Shown here piece by piece: positions 27,454-41,321 of a stretch of 64,000 nt of DNA. The notes below the pieces were generated by a model, which was given only the letters and a program-made list of their open reading frames with translations, had not been told where the DNA came from and did no database searches. Position 1 is the first letter of the stretch, and each line of letters starts with the position of its first letter. Source of the stretch: the human T2T-CHM13v2.0 reference genome, Homo sapiens; assembly GCF_009914755.1 (NCBI RefSeq), contig NC_060926.1. One strand, given 5' to 3'. The translations under genes and the position numbers were made by a program.

Positions 27454-28206
27454 TAATACATTTACATCCCTTTATTTCACATTGACTTTAATCTGAAGGA
27501 GAAACTGGGTCTGTGGGCCAATTTTAAAGATTTGAGTTACTTTCCCTATTTCTTTTATTGTATTTTCTGCTTTTTGTTAATCGAGTTATATGATGGAATA
27601 GTATGATAATTAATATAATTCTAGTATTTCTATCAATATAGAGAAATTAATTCTTCAATTCCTTGGCTGCTATGAAAAAGTCAGGAGGTTCTGTAGAAAA
27701 AGCCCTACACTTAATTCAAATTGATCATCTTTTTAGTTTTTTTATTGATAAGTTGTGAAATTTCTGCATATATAAAGATAATATTTAGAGAATCAACTTA
27801 GAATTCATATTTGAAAACAGTTGACAGGGAGCATGAAAATAAAACCAATTACAATTTACTTGCTTTAAAAATATATTTTTATTATTATTACAATATTTTA
27901 GGACAAAATAATTTAAATGTATGAATTTCAAAGCCGGATCTCATTAAAACTGCTTTCTACCAGCTGGAGCAAAATTGCCCCGTAAAAGTAATAGCCATTT
28001 ATTCTCAACCTAATAATACTATTTTTTATTTGTTTTTCTTTGAGGAAGGTGACCTAAGCTTCTGTTTTATCATAAATACACAAATAATCACACATTTTGA
28101 ACTGATCAAATGTTGTGGTTTCAATTAAAAAATTCAAATGACTACATTGTTTAGTTTTGTCATATATTTAAGTAAACCCACATAATTTAATTTATTTTCA
28201 ATCTAG

Positions 28207-28280
28207 TATTTAAATGCAGGAGCAGGAGGAATTGCTGGTGCCTTCATTCATGAAAAGCATGCCCATACGATTAAACCTGC
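28207..28280 (+). CDS. KYNU: Kynureninase internal coding exon (about exon 10; aa ~277-301), 74 bp, phase 0-2
   Basis: tctag|TAT...CCTGC|gtgagt. Translates to YLNAGAGGIAGAFIHEKHAHTIKP(A), the direct continuation of CSYK. Confidence 0.97.
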
Positions 28281-29994
28281 GTGAGTACCATCTTCAGCTA
28301 ATTCTTTGGTGATGAACAAATTAATTTGCATTAATAATATGTTAAATTTACATGAGTTCCTTAAGATGCTATCCAATAGGAATTAGGATTGGATTATAAT
28401 TATTTTCCTACTCTGCTAACAACAATATACTTCATTTGAAATACATGCTTTCCAAAGAATTCAATTGGTTGAACAAGAAATTTAATCAAAAAGGGAAGCT
28501 TCAGTGCTAAAAACAAGTCACTGCAATCATGTAAAGCGGATGGTTTAATGCAAAGAGACCACTTGAATATTTTTTTTCAAAAATTAGACTTTAGAAAATT
28601 TCAGATTCCTCACGTTGATGAATAAATCAAAGGCAACCAGAGCTGTGCCTAATAGAGCCTTAAATGTGGCATGTTATTATTAAAATTACATCTACCTTTA
28701 AAGCTGTAAATGTTACATGATAGCTTGTAGGGAATATCTTCTGTCCTAAAAGACTTTATAATCCATGAAACCCGAAGAAGCTGAACACTGAACAACAGAC
28801 TGACTACATAAAAAGTAATACTTTTCTGTTTTATAGAACTCTTCATATTTTAGAGCAAGTATAAATGCAAATGTAATACACCAACAAACTTACACATTTT
28901 TATTTGACTGGGGAATTCATAAGTGTTCCTTTTACTTTTTTCTGGTATGGAAATAAAGAAATAATATGCTGGGAAGAAAAAAAAAAACCCTTTTCATAGT
29001 TGTTGTATTGGAGTATGTGTGGTGAGGAGACTGTCTAGACTCCTAATAGATAATGTAATAATGTTTGATTAGTTTTCTGAATTTCCTCAGCCACTGACTG
29101 AGTGGTAAAATCTTTACAAGAATTGAAGCTGAATTAGTAATAGGCTTTGGAGCACCTCACATTTCTGAAGTTCTGTGCATATAAATCCTAGGAATTTAAG
29201 ATGATTTTCTATAGTTTCTTTAATTGTGTCTAAATTTTTTTCAAGGTTTTAAGGTTTTAAACTTAAGACAACATTTGTCTTAAGTTTAAATATCTTTGGA
29301 CAGATATTTAGTCAACCAGACATCTTACTTGAATATCATTATCAGTACATTAGATTTCCCTCCATGTATGTCCCAACATCTCTGAGAAGATTAAAAAGCA
29401 AATATTATAAGAATACCATGTTTTCCACATAGACAGTATGTAAGATATTGCTTGCTTTTGTATGATGACTCACAACCCTGGCCATTTCTCAGTCTCCATT
29501 TATTTAAATTGAAATAGAGGATCTCATGTATTATATCAACCCAAAGGGTGAGCCAGTGCCCGGATAGAAGGAGGTGGGGTGGGGGGGAAGAAGTAATATA
29601 CATAAATTCTAGAGAATGTCAGTGTTCGGAGTTAAGCTTTGACCTCCTAGCACACACAGGTCTTGTACTTGAGATTTCTCTCAGCATGGACAAGGAACAA
29701 GGACAAAGGGATTGTATTGTGCTCACATATGCCTCATTTTGTGGAATTTCAAAATCTTCTAGACAATGTTTAAATCTATGTTAAGTCTAAGCTCCCAAGA
29801 GAAAGACCATCTAGGCAGACCAGGTTCACAGTTCAGCTTGGTCTTTCAGGGGTCTGTCACCTGGAGAATCTTCTATGATTGTTCAGTATTCTGGTCTCTG
29901 AGCTGAGGTAGTACCAGCCCCTACTCATAAGCAGTTATTGTGAGAATAAAATGAGATGATGTATGTAAAACACTAAGTGTATCACTTGAACATT

Positions 29995-30372
29995 TAATAT
30001 GGTTTGGATTTGTGTCCCCACCCAAATCTCATGTAGAATTGTAATCCCCAGTGTTGGAGCAGGGGCCTGGTGGGAGGTGATGGGACAATGGGGCCTTTCC
30101 CTTTGCTATTCTCATGATGGTGAGTTCTTAATGAAATATAGTTGTTTAAAAGTGTGTAGCACCTTCTCCTTCTCTCTCTTCCTCCTGCTCTGGCCATGAA
30201 AGATGTTCCTGCCTCCCCCTTCACCCTCTGCCATGGTTGTAAGTTTCCTGAGGCCTTCCCAGTCATGCTTCCTGCACAGCCTGCAAAACCATGAACAAAT
30301 TAAACCTCTTTTCTTTATAAATTACCCAGTCTCAGGCAGTTGTTTGTAGCAGTGAGAGAATGGACTAATACA
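29995..30372 (+). mobile_element. MSTA-like MaLR solo LTR
   Basis: atatggtttggatttgtgtccccacccaaatctcatg...ataaattacccagtctcagg...ggactaataca. TSD acatt/gcatt. Confidence 0.9.
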
Positions 30373-31103
30373 GCATTATATGTGATCAATAGGTATGGGG
30401 TTATATGAAAAAAAAAATCCAAAATTTACAATATACAGGAAAAAGATGGGTGACATTCTGTAACACCCTAGCCCAAGTATTGTTTGGTAATTATTTAGTA
30501 CTGACCCCTAAGTACTTCGTTGACTCACTGAGAATGTGCATAGTAACATGTAGACTTTGCCCAGTGGAGATCATTTCTCTTAAGCAGAAAATATAACCTC
30601 AAAGTTTATGGTTTGTGACTTTGTAGGACATTAGTTTGTAACTATCACCAAGTTTATTTTAGCAGACCTTTGATGAGCTGACTGTAGAATATAATCTCCA
30701 TTCCTTGGAGATATAATCTCTCTTATATGCTATAAGAAAGAATTCTGGCCTTCCTACCATCTTACTGATTCCGCCACTATTTAGTGGGTTGAATGAGATC
30801 TTTCATGGCTGTTTATTTTGTGTGTGTATGAGAACCTTGCTTTTAAGTTTTTTGGAAAATTATATGTTATTAGCTGTTGTTGCATTTTAACAATTTAGCC
30901 ATGGAAATTTATGGGACTTAAATTAGGCTTGACTCATGAAGGCCACGTTAAGGAAAACCTTGGTTGTTTTTCTGTTTATTGTTTTCTCACACTCCTAAGC
31001 TTCTTTTTAAGTGATGTCAGTGACTGATCTCAGTGCTGTCAACTTCTAGCCTTGGCTCTCTATTCTGTACCAAGTATCTTATATTGTACTTCATTTGCAT
31101 TAG

Positions 31104-31125
31104 GAGATCGGAGTTCTTTAATTAG
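31104..31125 (+). CDS. KYNU: Coding part of the alternative terminal exon of the short KYNU isoform (...A-RSEFFN-stop, ~307 aa)
   Basis: tttgcattag|G AGA TCG GAG TTC TTT AAT TAG. Phase matches exon 10 (GC|G). RSEFFN is the C-terminus I recall for KYNU isoform 2. Confidence 0.88.
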
Positions 31126-31776
31126 GAATGGAATGCAACAGATTTGGACAAGTCAAGGACAAGGTATTTTCCAGTCATCACTTGATTGTCCCTGATAGGA
31201 AAAGAAATGTTTTGCTGAAACTTAACTTTGTGTCCCTTAGTGTGTTTTACTTTTTTATTCACCTGAAAATCAAATACCACCTGTGAGAAGAGTGATAAAC
31301 AAAGAAAAGACCCAAAAGCCTACAATATCACGCTGCTCAAATAAGTGTAATTGTTCAGATGTTACGACAATGTTCCATACATAAAATATTGTGAAGATGG
31401 GGAGAGGAAGTTTTCTTGTGAATAATATTTATAGTTCCACGGTCAAATCCAATTTAAACTTTGAGTAAACTTTAGAGTCTGTATGACTACTGACTCTATT
31501 TGCCAATTAATAATTATATTTCAGTTGTTAGCATTCCAAGATTAGCTGGTTTAACTATGTTTAATAAGCCTTCTGTCATCTTACTTTTCTGTTCTCTTAG
31601 AGCTTTAGAGAGACCAAAGAGTTTTTCACTGTTAAAGTGTCCAGTATGTAGCCGAGAACCATATGGAGAACATCAAATACAGTGGAACAAATGTAACTGC
31701 TATTGATGTCACACTTTGTGAAGTAGTCTTTGTTGCTTAAAAAGGGTGACATCTAGTGGCTAAACATGTTATTTCA

Positions 31777-31782
31777 AATAAA
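31777..31782 (+). terminator. Candidate polyadenylation signal (AATAAA) of the short KYNU isoform 3' UTR
   Basis: AATAAA about 650 bp after the RSEFFN stop, with T-rich sequence downstream. Further AATAAA at 31929 and 32289. Confidence 0.55.
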
Positions 31783-34700
31783 TAATATCGAAATAACATT
31801 TCTTCTCATGGTCCACTCATTCACTCTTTAACAAGTATTTTGAAGTATATATGTTTGAATTATGTGTTCTTCTTTTTGACAATTTGACTATATGTTGATA
31901 GTGCAATAATTGTGCAGTTTAAGCCTTCAATAAAGAGGTAGAATGTGATGAAAATTGGAAGGAAACCTGAGGGGGCATTCTTAGTGCTTGGTTAAACAGA
32001 AAGCTTAACAGTTCATGAAGGCTGGTCTAAGAAAGGAATTATAAGCATGGGTGACCCACCTGGTGTAGAGAGTGTATCCCCAGATATATAACATTGCATT
32101 TTAGAAGTCTAATATTTGGTATATAATTTTTGAAATAGTCCTTTATGTGATGTTTCCATTAGCAAACAGCAAATTGCATCTGTACCAAGAGATTTCACTT
32201 CCTTTTTTGTTTAAATATGCATTTTGGACATTGTTCAAAACCTATGACCTAAGGCTTTTCCAAGAGCCCTTTGCCCATAAAGAGAATGAATAAATTAGAG
32301 GCCAGAGTCAACCCACGGCATTAAGCATCATAACTCAAGCTGTTATTCTCACCTAGAATTTAACCTTTTCCTAGTTCATTATTAACTTAGCTCATTGCAA
32401 TGTCATATTCTAAACTCTGTCTGTACAATAAATTAGGACTGGTCATGACTTCTTGGATGTTTTTGCCCCACTTCAAGGTAGACTTTAATTCAGTCTACAC
32501 AGTTAATTATTGCTCTGAAATATGAAGGGAACTACTCTTAATTGTACAAATTTGACAATATGAAATGTTTCACTAAAAACATGCTTAAATAACATTGTAA
32601 ATTTTGAATGTTTTAAAAAAAGTTACAAATGTTAACCCTCATGGCACACTTTAGAGGACTATTTAACCTTTCAACTTTAGGGGATTCAAAGCTTTGTGAA
32701 TCCTTTAAAAGGATTCTTCTGTAAGAGCCCATACATTGCGATTTAAGATACCACCTCCCTCTTTTTTTGTTAATAGAGAGTCTACTATGAAAACAGGAGT
32801 GGATAATATGAGGTATTACAAATCCATCTATCATTTACTTTTTTATGTGAGCCAGTGAAATCATACATACTGAAAACCTGCTGTTCCTCACTCTTCACGC
32901 TGGTGTAGCAAACCTCCACATGTGCCCATTGTATTAGATTCTCCTAAAATGCACATTTCCCTTGGGATACTTTTCTTCTGAGCTTTTTTGAATGGGCAAG
33001 AATGGGGCCGACTGACAATTTTGATAAAAATACTTGAATTTTAAATCATGCCAACACATTTCCATAATCAGCTAGAGGTATTTGATTGAAAGTTTTAAAC
33101 AGTGATGACATTTTAAAGGCCTTATTAAGGGCTTGAATTATCTCCTTTATTGTAAAGAGTAATTTGCTGGTGAAAAAGAACCAGTTGAAAAGGCTGGCTG
33201 ACTTCAGTGCATGGTTAAGAAATAAGAGTTGTTACTATTTGGCAACAACATTAGAAAAACAATATGCATCAAACAATTCCCAGGAAAGTCCCAGAAAGAA
33301 TAAAAATAAACATCCAGAAATTTCAGCAAAAAGACTTAAAAAATTATAACTTTATACCATGCTTGTCCCAACTGTACAGTTAACATTGTATGAAGAGATC
33401 GTCTTTTGCACATTTGTTCAGGGGAACACTGACTTATATATTTCACTTCCATATGCTTTTCCAGGCAACAGTTGAGAATGCCGTAGCCCAAAACTTATCT
33501 ATAATTTAAATCCTGTTTTAGTTTTCTAATGATGCCTTCTGAATTACTACTTATCAAGTCCCTATCTAGTACCAGAATAAGGCCTTCTTGTGCAAAGTTT
33601 GAGACAACAGGAAGCATAGGTCGCAGTAGCAAGATGTGTGACTTCACAACACTTCTGATGCTTTCAAATGAGATAGACCAGTACCAATAGATTTCTCAGT
33701 GAGTTTTTATAGAATCCCCAGTTGAAATATGACCTCGGCCTTCTGAGGCACCTGTTCTGCTTATTTAGCCTGTATTTAGCCAGTGTTAATATGGATGACT
33801 TTCCAGCTACAACTTCTTGGCTTCTCAGCCATATATAATTGGCTATCTCCTTTGTCTTTAATATTTGCCTCCCACATCTCTAAACTTCTGTGGTACCGTT
33901 TTCTTTTGCTTCTGCTCCAATGGATGTGAGAACTCTTCTGTATTTTAAAATGTTTACTTTTTCACCTTTTCATTGATTCTCTCAAAACCTCAGTCCTTAA
34001 TCCTCTTGCCCAAAAGTATCTCATCCACAGTTATTTCAACAATATACAACTGGTGTAGAAGAAACGAACTTTTATTTCCAGCTTTACCACTTGCATAATT
34101 TTTAGCCCTTATTTTCATCTGATTGCAAATTGCAAGAGTTTGTCATTATTCAAACATGATCTCAGTCCCCAAAGATATAAGGAAAATATTCACTAATAAA
34201 CTCCCTGCTTGTAAAATTAGTCCTTACCTGAACATCATTTTCCAAGTAGCAGCATCTATCTCTATGAATTACTCTACAAATTCTTAGTATCTTGCTGATT
34301 ATATAATATCATAAATATCAGATAATACAGTGAAAATATAATGAAAATGATTTTAAAGTAAGATTTTTCAAGGGAGATTCAGGATGTCATGATGCAAGTG
34401 AATTTGGAAAACTCCTGAATCACAAAATCATGGCTAATGATAATATGTCAGAGCAGTTAACAGGTGAAGTAGAGGACATTTGACAATGTACTTCAAAAGG
34501 AAATAACTGGAATATCAGGCATTCAAGATAAATGATAAATGCCTCACAAATCTATGTAAAAATTATCTTTAAGGTCATGCTGAGAAAGTTAAGTATACTA
34601 TAAAAGGGATGATATTTTGCTACCATATCATTTTGTCAAGAAATATACCAAAAAATCAACACACCTTATCCTTATTCTTAATTATTAGAATATTATAATT

Positions 34701-37700
34701 TTAATCTATATTTCTCCAAATCATATATTAAATTTTAAAAATAATTTTAAGCTCTATATTTTAAGATAGCATCTCTGTCAAACCTTCTGCCATTGACTTT
34801 AAAATTGATTTATTTAAGTGGTTTTTTCATATTTTCATTTGTCATCAGATATTAAGGACTTTGGATATGTCTGTATATGTGTGTGTATACATACACACAC
34901 ACATACATCTTTCTATCTCAGAAACTAAATATGGTAAAACTTGCATTTTATCTCACATAGGTATCTTTCTAAGGTAATCTTCACTTTCTCATGTAAAGAG
35001 AATGATCCTGAGTTTATTAAAGAGACATGAACAAACATAACCAACCAATATTTTTGTGCAAAAAGCTTTCATAGATGAAAAATAAATATAGGCTATTGCC
35101 TGCGATTTTAAAATGTTATAATTCATTTGGAGATATATCTTTTAACCAGTTAAATAAGTGATTTAAGTCACAGGCAACCCAAGCTTAGAATATGTGCCAT
35201 AAGGCAGCCTCTGATTAATTACTGGGTGAATTCTCAGACTGCTTTTGCCGTAGGGGCAGCGGAGGTATAGCAGACTGACTCAGAGCTGCTTGGGAAGAGC
35301 TTGAGCAAGGAGGTGGGGAAACTCACAGATACGAATCTTCTGTAAAATGGAATGCAATACTAACTAAGTGAATAAATTTACTTTGTTACATTGAAAACTA
35401 AAATTGTTGCCTGTGAGAGGGATTCATTTCAGAAGTTCCATAAATTTAAGGGGATATAAAAAAGAAGAAAGAATTACTTAAATGGCATTTCTTAAAGGAA
35501 TATGCCAAGTGATCTTTTCCTTTTTATTCTCCTCATTAGAATTTTTATGGAATTGGAGTTATTGACTTAACATTTTAAAGCCTGCCTCATTATCATAAAA
35601 TTGTTCTTTATCTTTCAACAATATTTTAGCCATTATAAACAGTGGTAAAATCGTGATTGCTTTAAGCTCTCCCTTCGCTCTGGGAACACACTCTTGAAGT
35701 GGGTTACACCTGTCATCAGTCTTAGTCCTCAAATGGTGACTGTAAGGGACCCAAAAGTAGGCACACCACTTGAAGAAAACTCATCTGTGGAATCATGACA
35801 TACAACCTAAACCTATTTTCATTTAGAAACCATTTTAGATCAATAATTTTTAAAGGATTTTTTTAAAAAATCTTCCTGGCTTGACAATTTTTACTGTGTG
35901 AAATTCTCCAGATAATTTTCTTGTGTAGGGAATTTAAGCTGTGATCATAAAAATAACTTACATGCATTGAGGCACGAGCACAGTTAAAAATAAATTCAGT
36001 AAATAATCTGTATTTTTTTAACTCCAGAGATGAAGTAATCCTAGATCTTAAAGAAAGCCAAAATAGTAATTATCAGTATAAAAACATACATTAAAGCTAT
36101 TCTTGCTTGTAAATCGCTACTCTCAGATAATGATGAAATAGTCATTAATTTGAGAACACTGAAGTCCTTTGAAACCTAAACATTTATTTTCTGTTCTAAA
36201 ACTGCAGTCCAGTGTCTCTGAAGATATATAGGGTCAATGAACCTTTCAGGCATAAAAAGTAAAACTTGTCAAAGAGCTTCAGCTCTTGTTTTAATTACTT
36301 CAAGTTTTATCCCTAAAGTAACCTTTGAAATCTGCAGGGACTTTATTTTTTTTTCTTACTATTAATCGTGAAGAGCTATTGCTACATTTTCATGTGTTCT
36401 TGTTTAGAACATACATGTATCCATCTGGCTTTTTATGATTTCCAAGCAGACAGGGTGGAAGTTTGTTGTAATAATCCATGCTGTGTGAAGCAGCATTGCG
36501 AGCTGCCTCAGCAACACAGACCAGGTACCAAGTCCTGGTACTTCCAACACTGAGGCAGGCTAACTTCACAGTCTACACAAGAATACTTGGAATATATTAC
36601 TCACAACAAACTTCTAAACCACGTGATCCATATTCTCCATGTTCACCTGTTTTGCTCTTCAAGAGGAGAGAATTTGATTGGGTGGGAATTATTCTTTTGT
36701 CCAGAGCTAGCATCTATTGTCCTCATGACCAACTCATGTATAGATAGCTTGCTTTGTCTCCCATATCAGTCCCTGCTCCAATCAGCTTTGGTCAGGATTT
36801 AAGAAGATTTCGCACAAGCCATGGCAATTTAGGCAGAAAATAACCATGTGGCACTATGTTTTTTAAGGGCCCAATGATCCCTATGAAAATTCATTTTAGC
36901 ATGTCTTATATGGTTGCTTAATAAGTTTATTATAGATTGAAATCTTAATTCTAAATTCTTTGAGTCCTGGGACATTGTCCTGTTAATCTTTCTTTACTTT
37001 CATAATCTACAGTGCCCAAGAAAGTATTTTTTAAATTTTTGTTGTTGAATATATGGCTCTGTCTTTACTCTCAGCATAATAGACAAACCATCTTCTAGCA
37101 TATGGAAGCATTTCTACTTTGCAAATTATTCTGAAGCGGGTATGATTTGCAAAATACTGTCAAATTAAATATGCATTTCCATATGCTTCTATGAAGACCA
37201 AATATATCCATGAAAACTAGCTACAGACAACTTTAAAATCCTTCATGAATTTTTAATCAACATTGATGAACAAAATTCAAGTCGTTCTTTCTAAAGTCCT
37301 AAATCTAGAAAACTTTCTGTTCTTGGACTTGGAGCATCGGTATTAACTCAAAGGATTATTTTACCAATATTTCAAAATAATAAGATATTTCAGAAAAGTA
37401 TATTCAGAAAATGTTCAAAGGCTTTTTTGTTACTAATAGTCTCATGCCAAAAAACATATTGACTTAGCTCTTATAAGAACAACATATTCTGAAACTTTAG
37501 AAAACAATTTTTATTAACTAAAATTTATCATTTCTGGAAGTGCTTTTTTATGACTATGCTTATCATACTGTTAGCTTACTGGACATATTAGAACAAGCCT
37601 CTTACAGAGTAAGATTTGAAGAGGTAATTGAATATGTAACAGAACCAAGTGAAGCACTAATATTTACAGATGGGTGGGCAAATGAGAAGAAAAAAATGAA

Positions 37701-38644
37701 ACTGAATTTTATGATACTTCCTAAAACTACTTTCTAAAATAGCATTAAGTCAGCTAACTTCGAACAAAGCAGAACAATTGTGATTAGATGAATATTTTAT
37801 TAAACTAGGAATTGATAGAGATCTTTTTAAACTAAGAGTATGTTAGCAATATTGTACCTGTTTAATGGCATGGCATGCCATGCCAAGCCTTCTAATGGGC
37901 ATGCTTGGGGACCAGTTGCTGGCATCAAGGGGTGAATGTACAGTTTATGAGCTGAAGCAATCTACTTTCTCAGTTTTCAACACTTTTTCTTTGTCATTAG
38001 TACCTTTGAATCTGCTTTTGTCACTTAGCCATACTTTTGTTTTTCCTACCGCTATGCTGATTACCAACTGCCTGGATTTAGACTCTGTTTGCTCCTTCTC
38101 TCATTGTTTTTTGTTTTGTGTTGTTTTGCCCACTTGTTTTGATGCATATCTACTGTTTTGTCTGATTGTCATTTTATAGGCACTAGTTCGGTGTTCTCTA
38201 TATGTGCCTGAACTACTCTTATTTCTGAACTCAAATATCTGCTTGCACTGTACCAAACGTGTCTCTGTTTCCTAAGCCTTTCTTCTCACTACACATGGTA
38301 GTCTAGCAACATTAATGCCCTACCGTGGGAATATGGCTGAAGATCTTGACTAGGGGACTTATGAACCCATGCAGCCGTGCCCAAATCCTACCAAACTGAC
38401 CTTACTTTCTTGAAGACAGAATTGTAGTATGGTCAAGCTCATGCTTTTTGTAGTAGGCCATCCAAATTCGATTGACTGGCTAAAAAAGATTGTTAGTGGA
38501 GGCTGGAAGAAACATTTTGGCTGATGATAGATGAATAGAGCTTGGAACAATCAAAAGGAAAAGCAGAAAGTCTATACCTATTCATAAGAAAAAGTTAGTA
38601 TGTTTACCGAACATTATGAAAGAATTATGACATTTTCAAAGTTT

Positions 38645-38696
38645 TAAAATTTTATTTTGTAGAGACGGGGTCTCATTGTGTTGCCCACGCTGGTCT
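38645..38696 (-). mobile_element. Short Alu fragment
   Basis: ttttgtagagacggggtctcattgtgttgcccacgctggtct. Confidence 0.7.
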
Positions 38697-40986
38697 GTTT
38701 CTTGAGGATTTACTATAGACTGGGCTGTATTCAAAGCATTGGGGATACAGGCATGAATGAGCCCCCATTGTCCTGAACTTACCATTCAGTCTGGGCAGTG
38801 AAAGAAGAGGGATGTTGGGAGAACCTTACAAAGATGAAATGTAAGCTAACTGGAGAAATCCCCTAACTTTCAGTCAGACTGAAAGGGAACAGGCAGTAAC
38901 TGTGGGGTAGCCCTCTTGGGCAGGGTGATTTTCCACATGTGCCAGTCAGGGGCCAGAACATTAAGATCCTTATGTTCCAACTAAGGAATTTTGGTTTTAT
39001 TTTAAAGACAAAGGGGAGCCACTGACTGTTCATGAGGAACAAGATTACAAATTCAGGTCTCTTCACCTCTCATTAAGTCTTGGTTTGCCTGTGGAAAAAA
39101 TAAATAGACCCCAGTGATCTCTGGAAGATTCTCTTCCAGCTTTCGAATGCTGTCATTCTCAAGTGATAAAAATGAAGCATCACAATTGAGTGAACTGCTG
39201 GTAGTGATAGCTCAGAAACTAAAACCAGCTTGATGGAAATCTGAGCATCACCGGCTATATCAATAACTTCAGTGACCCTCCTTTCCACTCCTTTCTGTAA
39301 TAAGTGCATGCAGTAAAGTACAGCCAGTTCAGACAACTTGATAACAAATTTGCTATAACATTCTTATCTTTTTCCTTTTCTCAAGTATGAATGAGTACTA
39401 TGTATATATTTCTTAAACTTCAGTTGCTAAAGTTTTTACTGTGAATATTAAGACTATATCAAAGTTATTTAAATGGATAAATTTCCAATTGTTCTCTAAA
39501 CAAAACAAGATTTGTGGAAGTTTTGACTCTATGAACCCTGATTATTTAATGAGGAAAATAAGTAACATACTTCAGATTAGGTTATAGAGGATGCTAGGAT
39601 GACAGACATTCTAACTTATCCCAAGTTGTTATTACAGACTTTGTTTATTTTTAGAATAAACAATCATGCTGTACCCAGCATGTTCCATGTTTTTGCAATG
39701 CTATGACAATTTGTCTGATCAGCACATTTTTTAAAGCCAAGAAAACAGTAAGACAATTATATTTCATTTTAAGTTATAGCCTTTAGGAAGAGAGAGAAGA
39801 GGAAAAGAATGTTCGCATTCCTGAACACAAACTTAAATTATTAAATGTATGGTAATAAGTTGCCAAATTAAAGAAACTTATGACAGCAGTCTTCTATGAA
39901 AATGTATGTTCTTAAGAAAGATTGTGAACTATTTTTATTATATTTTGATTTGGTGCCAAAGGGGAAATTGTTCTTTAACATAAGCTAAGAAACAGATGTT
40001 TGTTGTTTAGTTTTTGTGAGGTTGAGGTGAGAGATAAGGGGTTTAAAGGATAAGTTAATGAATGACATATTTAGGAATTCATATTGAGCATTTTGCTATT
40101 AAAGACTTGCTGAAGAGATCAAGGAGAGTTTGGATATTTCATTTCATAACTCCTCACATCCGAAATCATATTCACTAGATCCCCAGTGGCTTTCTCTTAC
40201 TGAATCTGAGTATCATGCTTCAAAGATGTCTTTATGATAAGCGATGCTTTCCATTTGATAACATTTATTTGAAACTACTTTTTTGGAATTTATGATGTTC
40301 AAAGAACACACAGCATATTAATATGTCTGCTTTTATTATTTACTGGATCTCTTCCAACACGTTACTTCTCTCAAATTCTGTTTATATCTCCATTCTTAGT
40401 AAATTAATTCCCTTTTTGATTTTTAATTTTTGATGAGAAAACATTTGAATTTCTAGTCCAAGCACAAGGAGATTGTATCTTAATTGTTATTGTTGACATT
40501 TAGTTTTTAGGAATGATTTATGAGCCCATTGTGATAATAGCTACTTATAAACTAATTCAGTGGTTTTTAATTTTACTTCATTAGCTTTCAAATATTTGCT
40601 TTTTAAGAATCCAAGATTTCATTACGATTGCATTTCTTTTGTGTTTGGATTTTACCTTTCCTACATTCCAAGTGATGGATCTTAAAATGAATTTAACTTC
40701 CTCCTAGATTCTGTGCAATGTATTTCGTGTTTAAATGTTGTTTTGAAATAATCATTTCTTTATTTGCTTTTTAAAAGGTTTTAAACAGCGCTTATTTCTG
40801 TTTGTAAAGACTTGAACTTGTAACAGATGAGTGATATGCTTACTCAAGTTCACTAAATCAAGTGTCTAGGATCATGCATTTTGAAGAAAGGCAACTCCTT
40901 ATAGAGATTCTAAAAGAATAGAGAAGGTCAAAAGAACATTTGTTTGAGGGAGTGGACATTGTATATACTAAAAAGAATAGCTTCTG

Positions 40987-41321
<335 letters not shown>

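Noticed and set aside
34380-34700. Possible old Tigger-type transposon fragment
   Set aside because: Resemblance too weak to support without a Dfam search.
38340-38950. Possible processed-pseudogene fragment
   Set aside because: The frames I translated gave no recognisable homology; partly explained by an Alu fragment and L2-like sequence.
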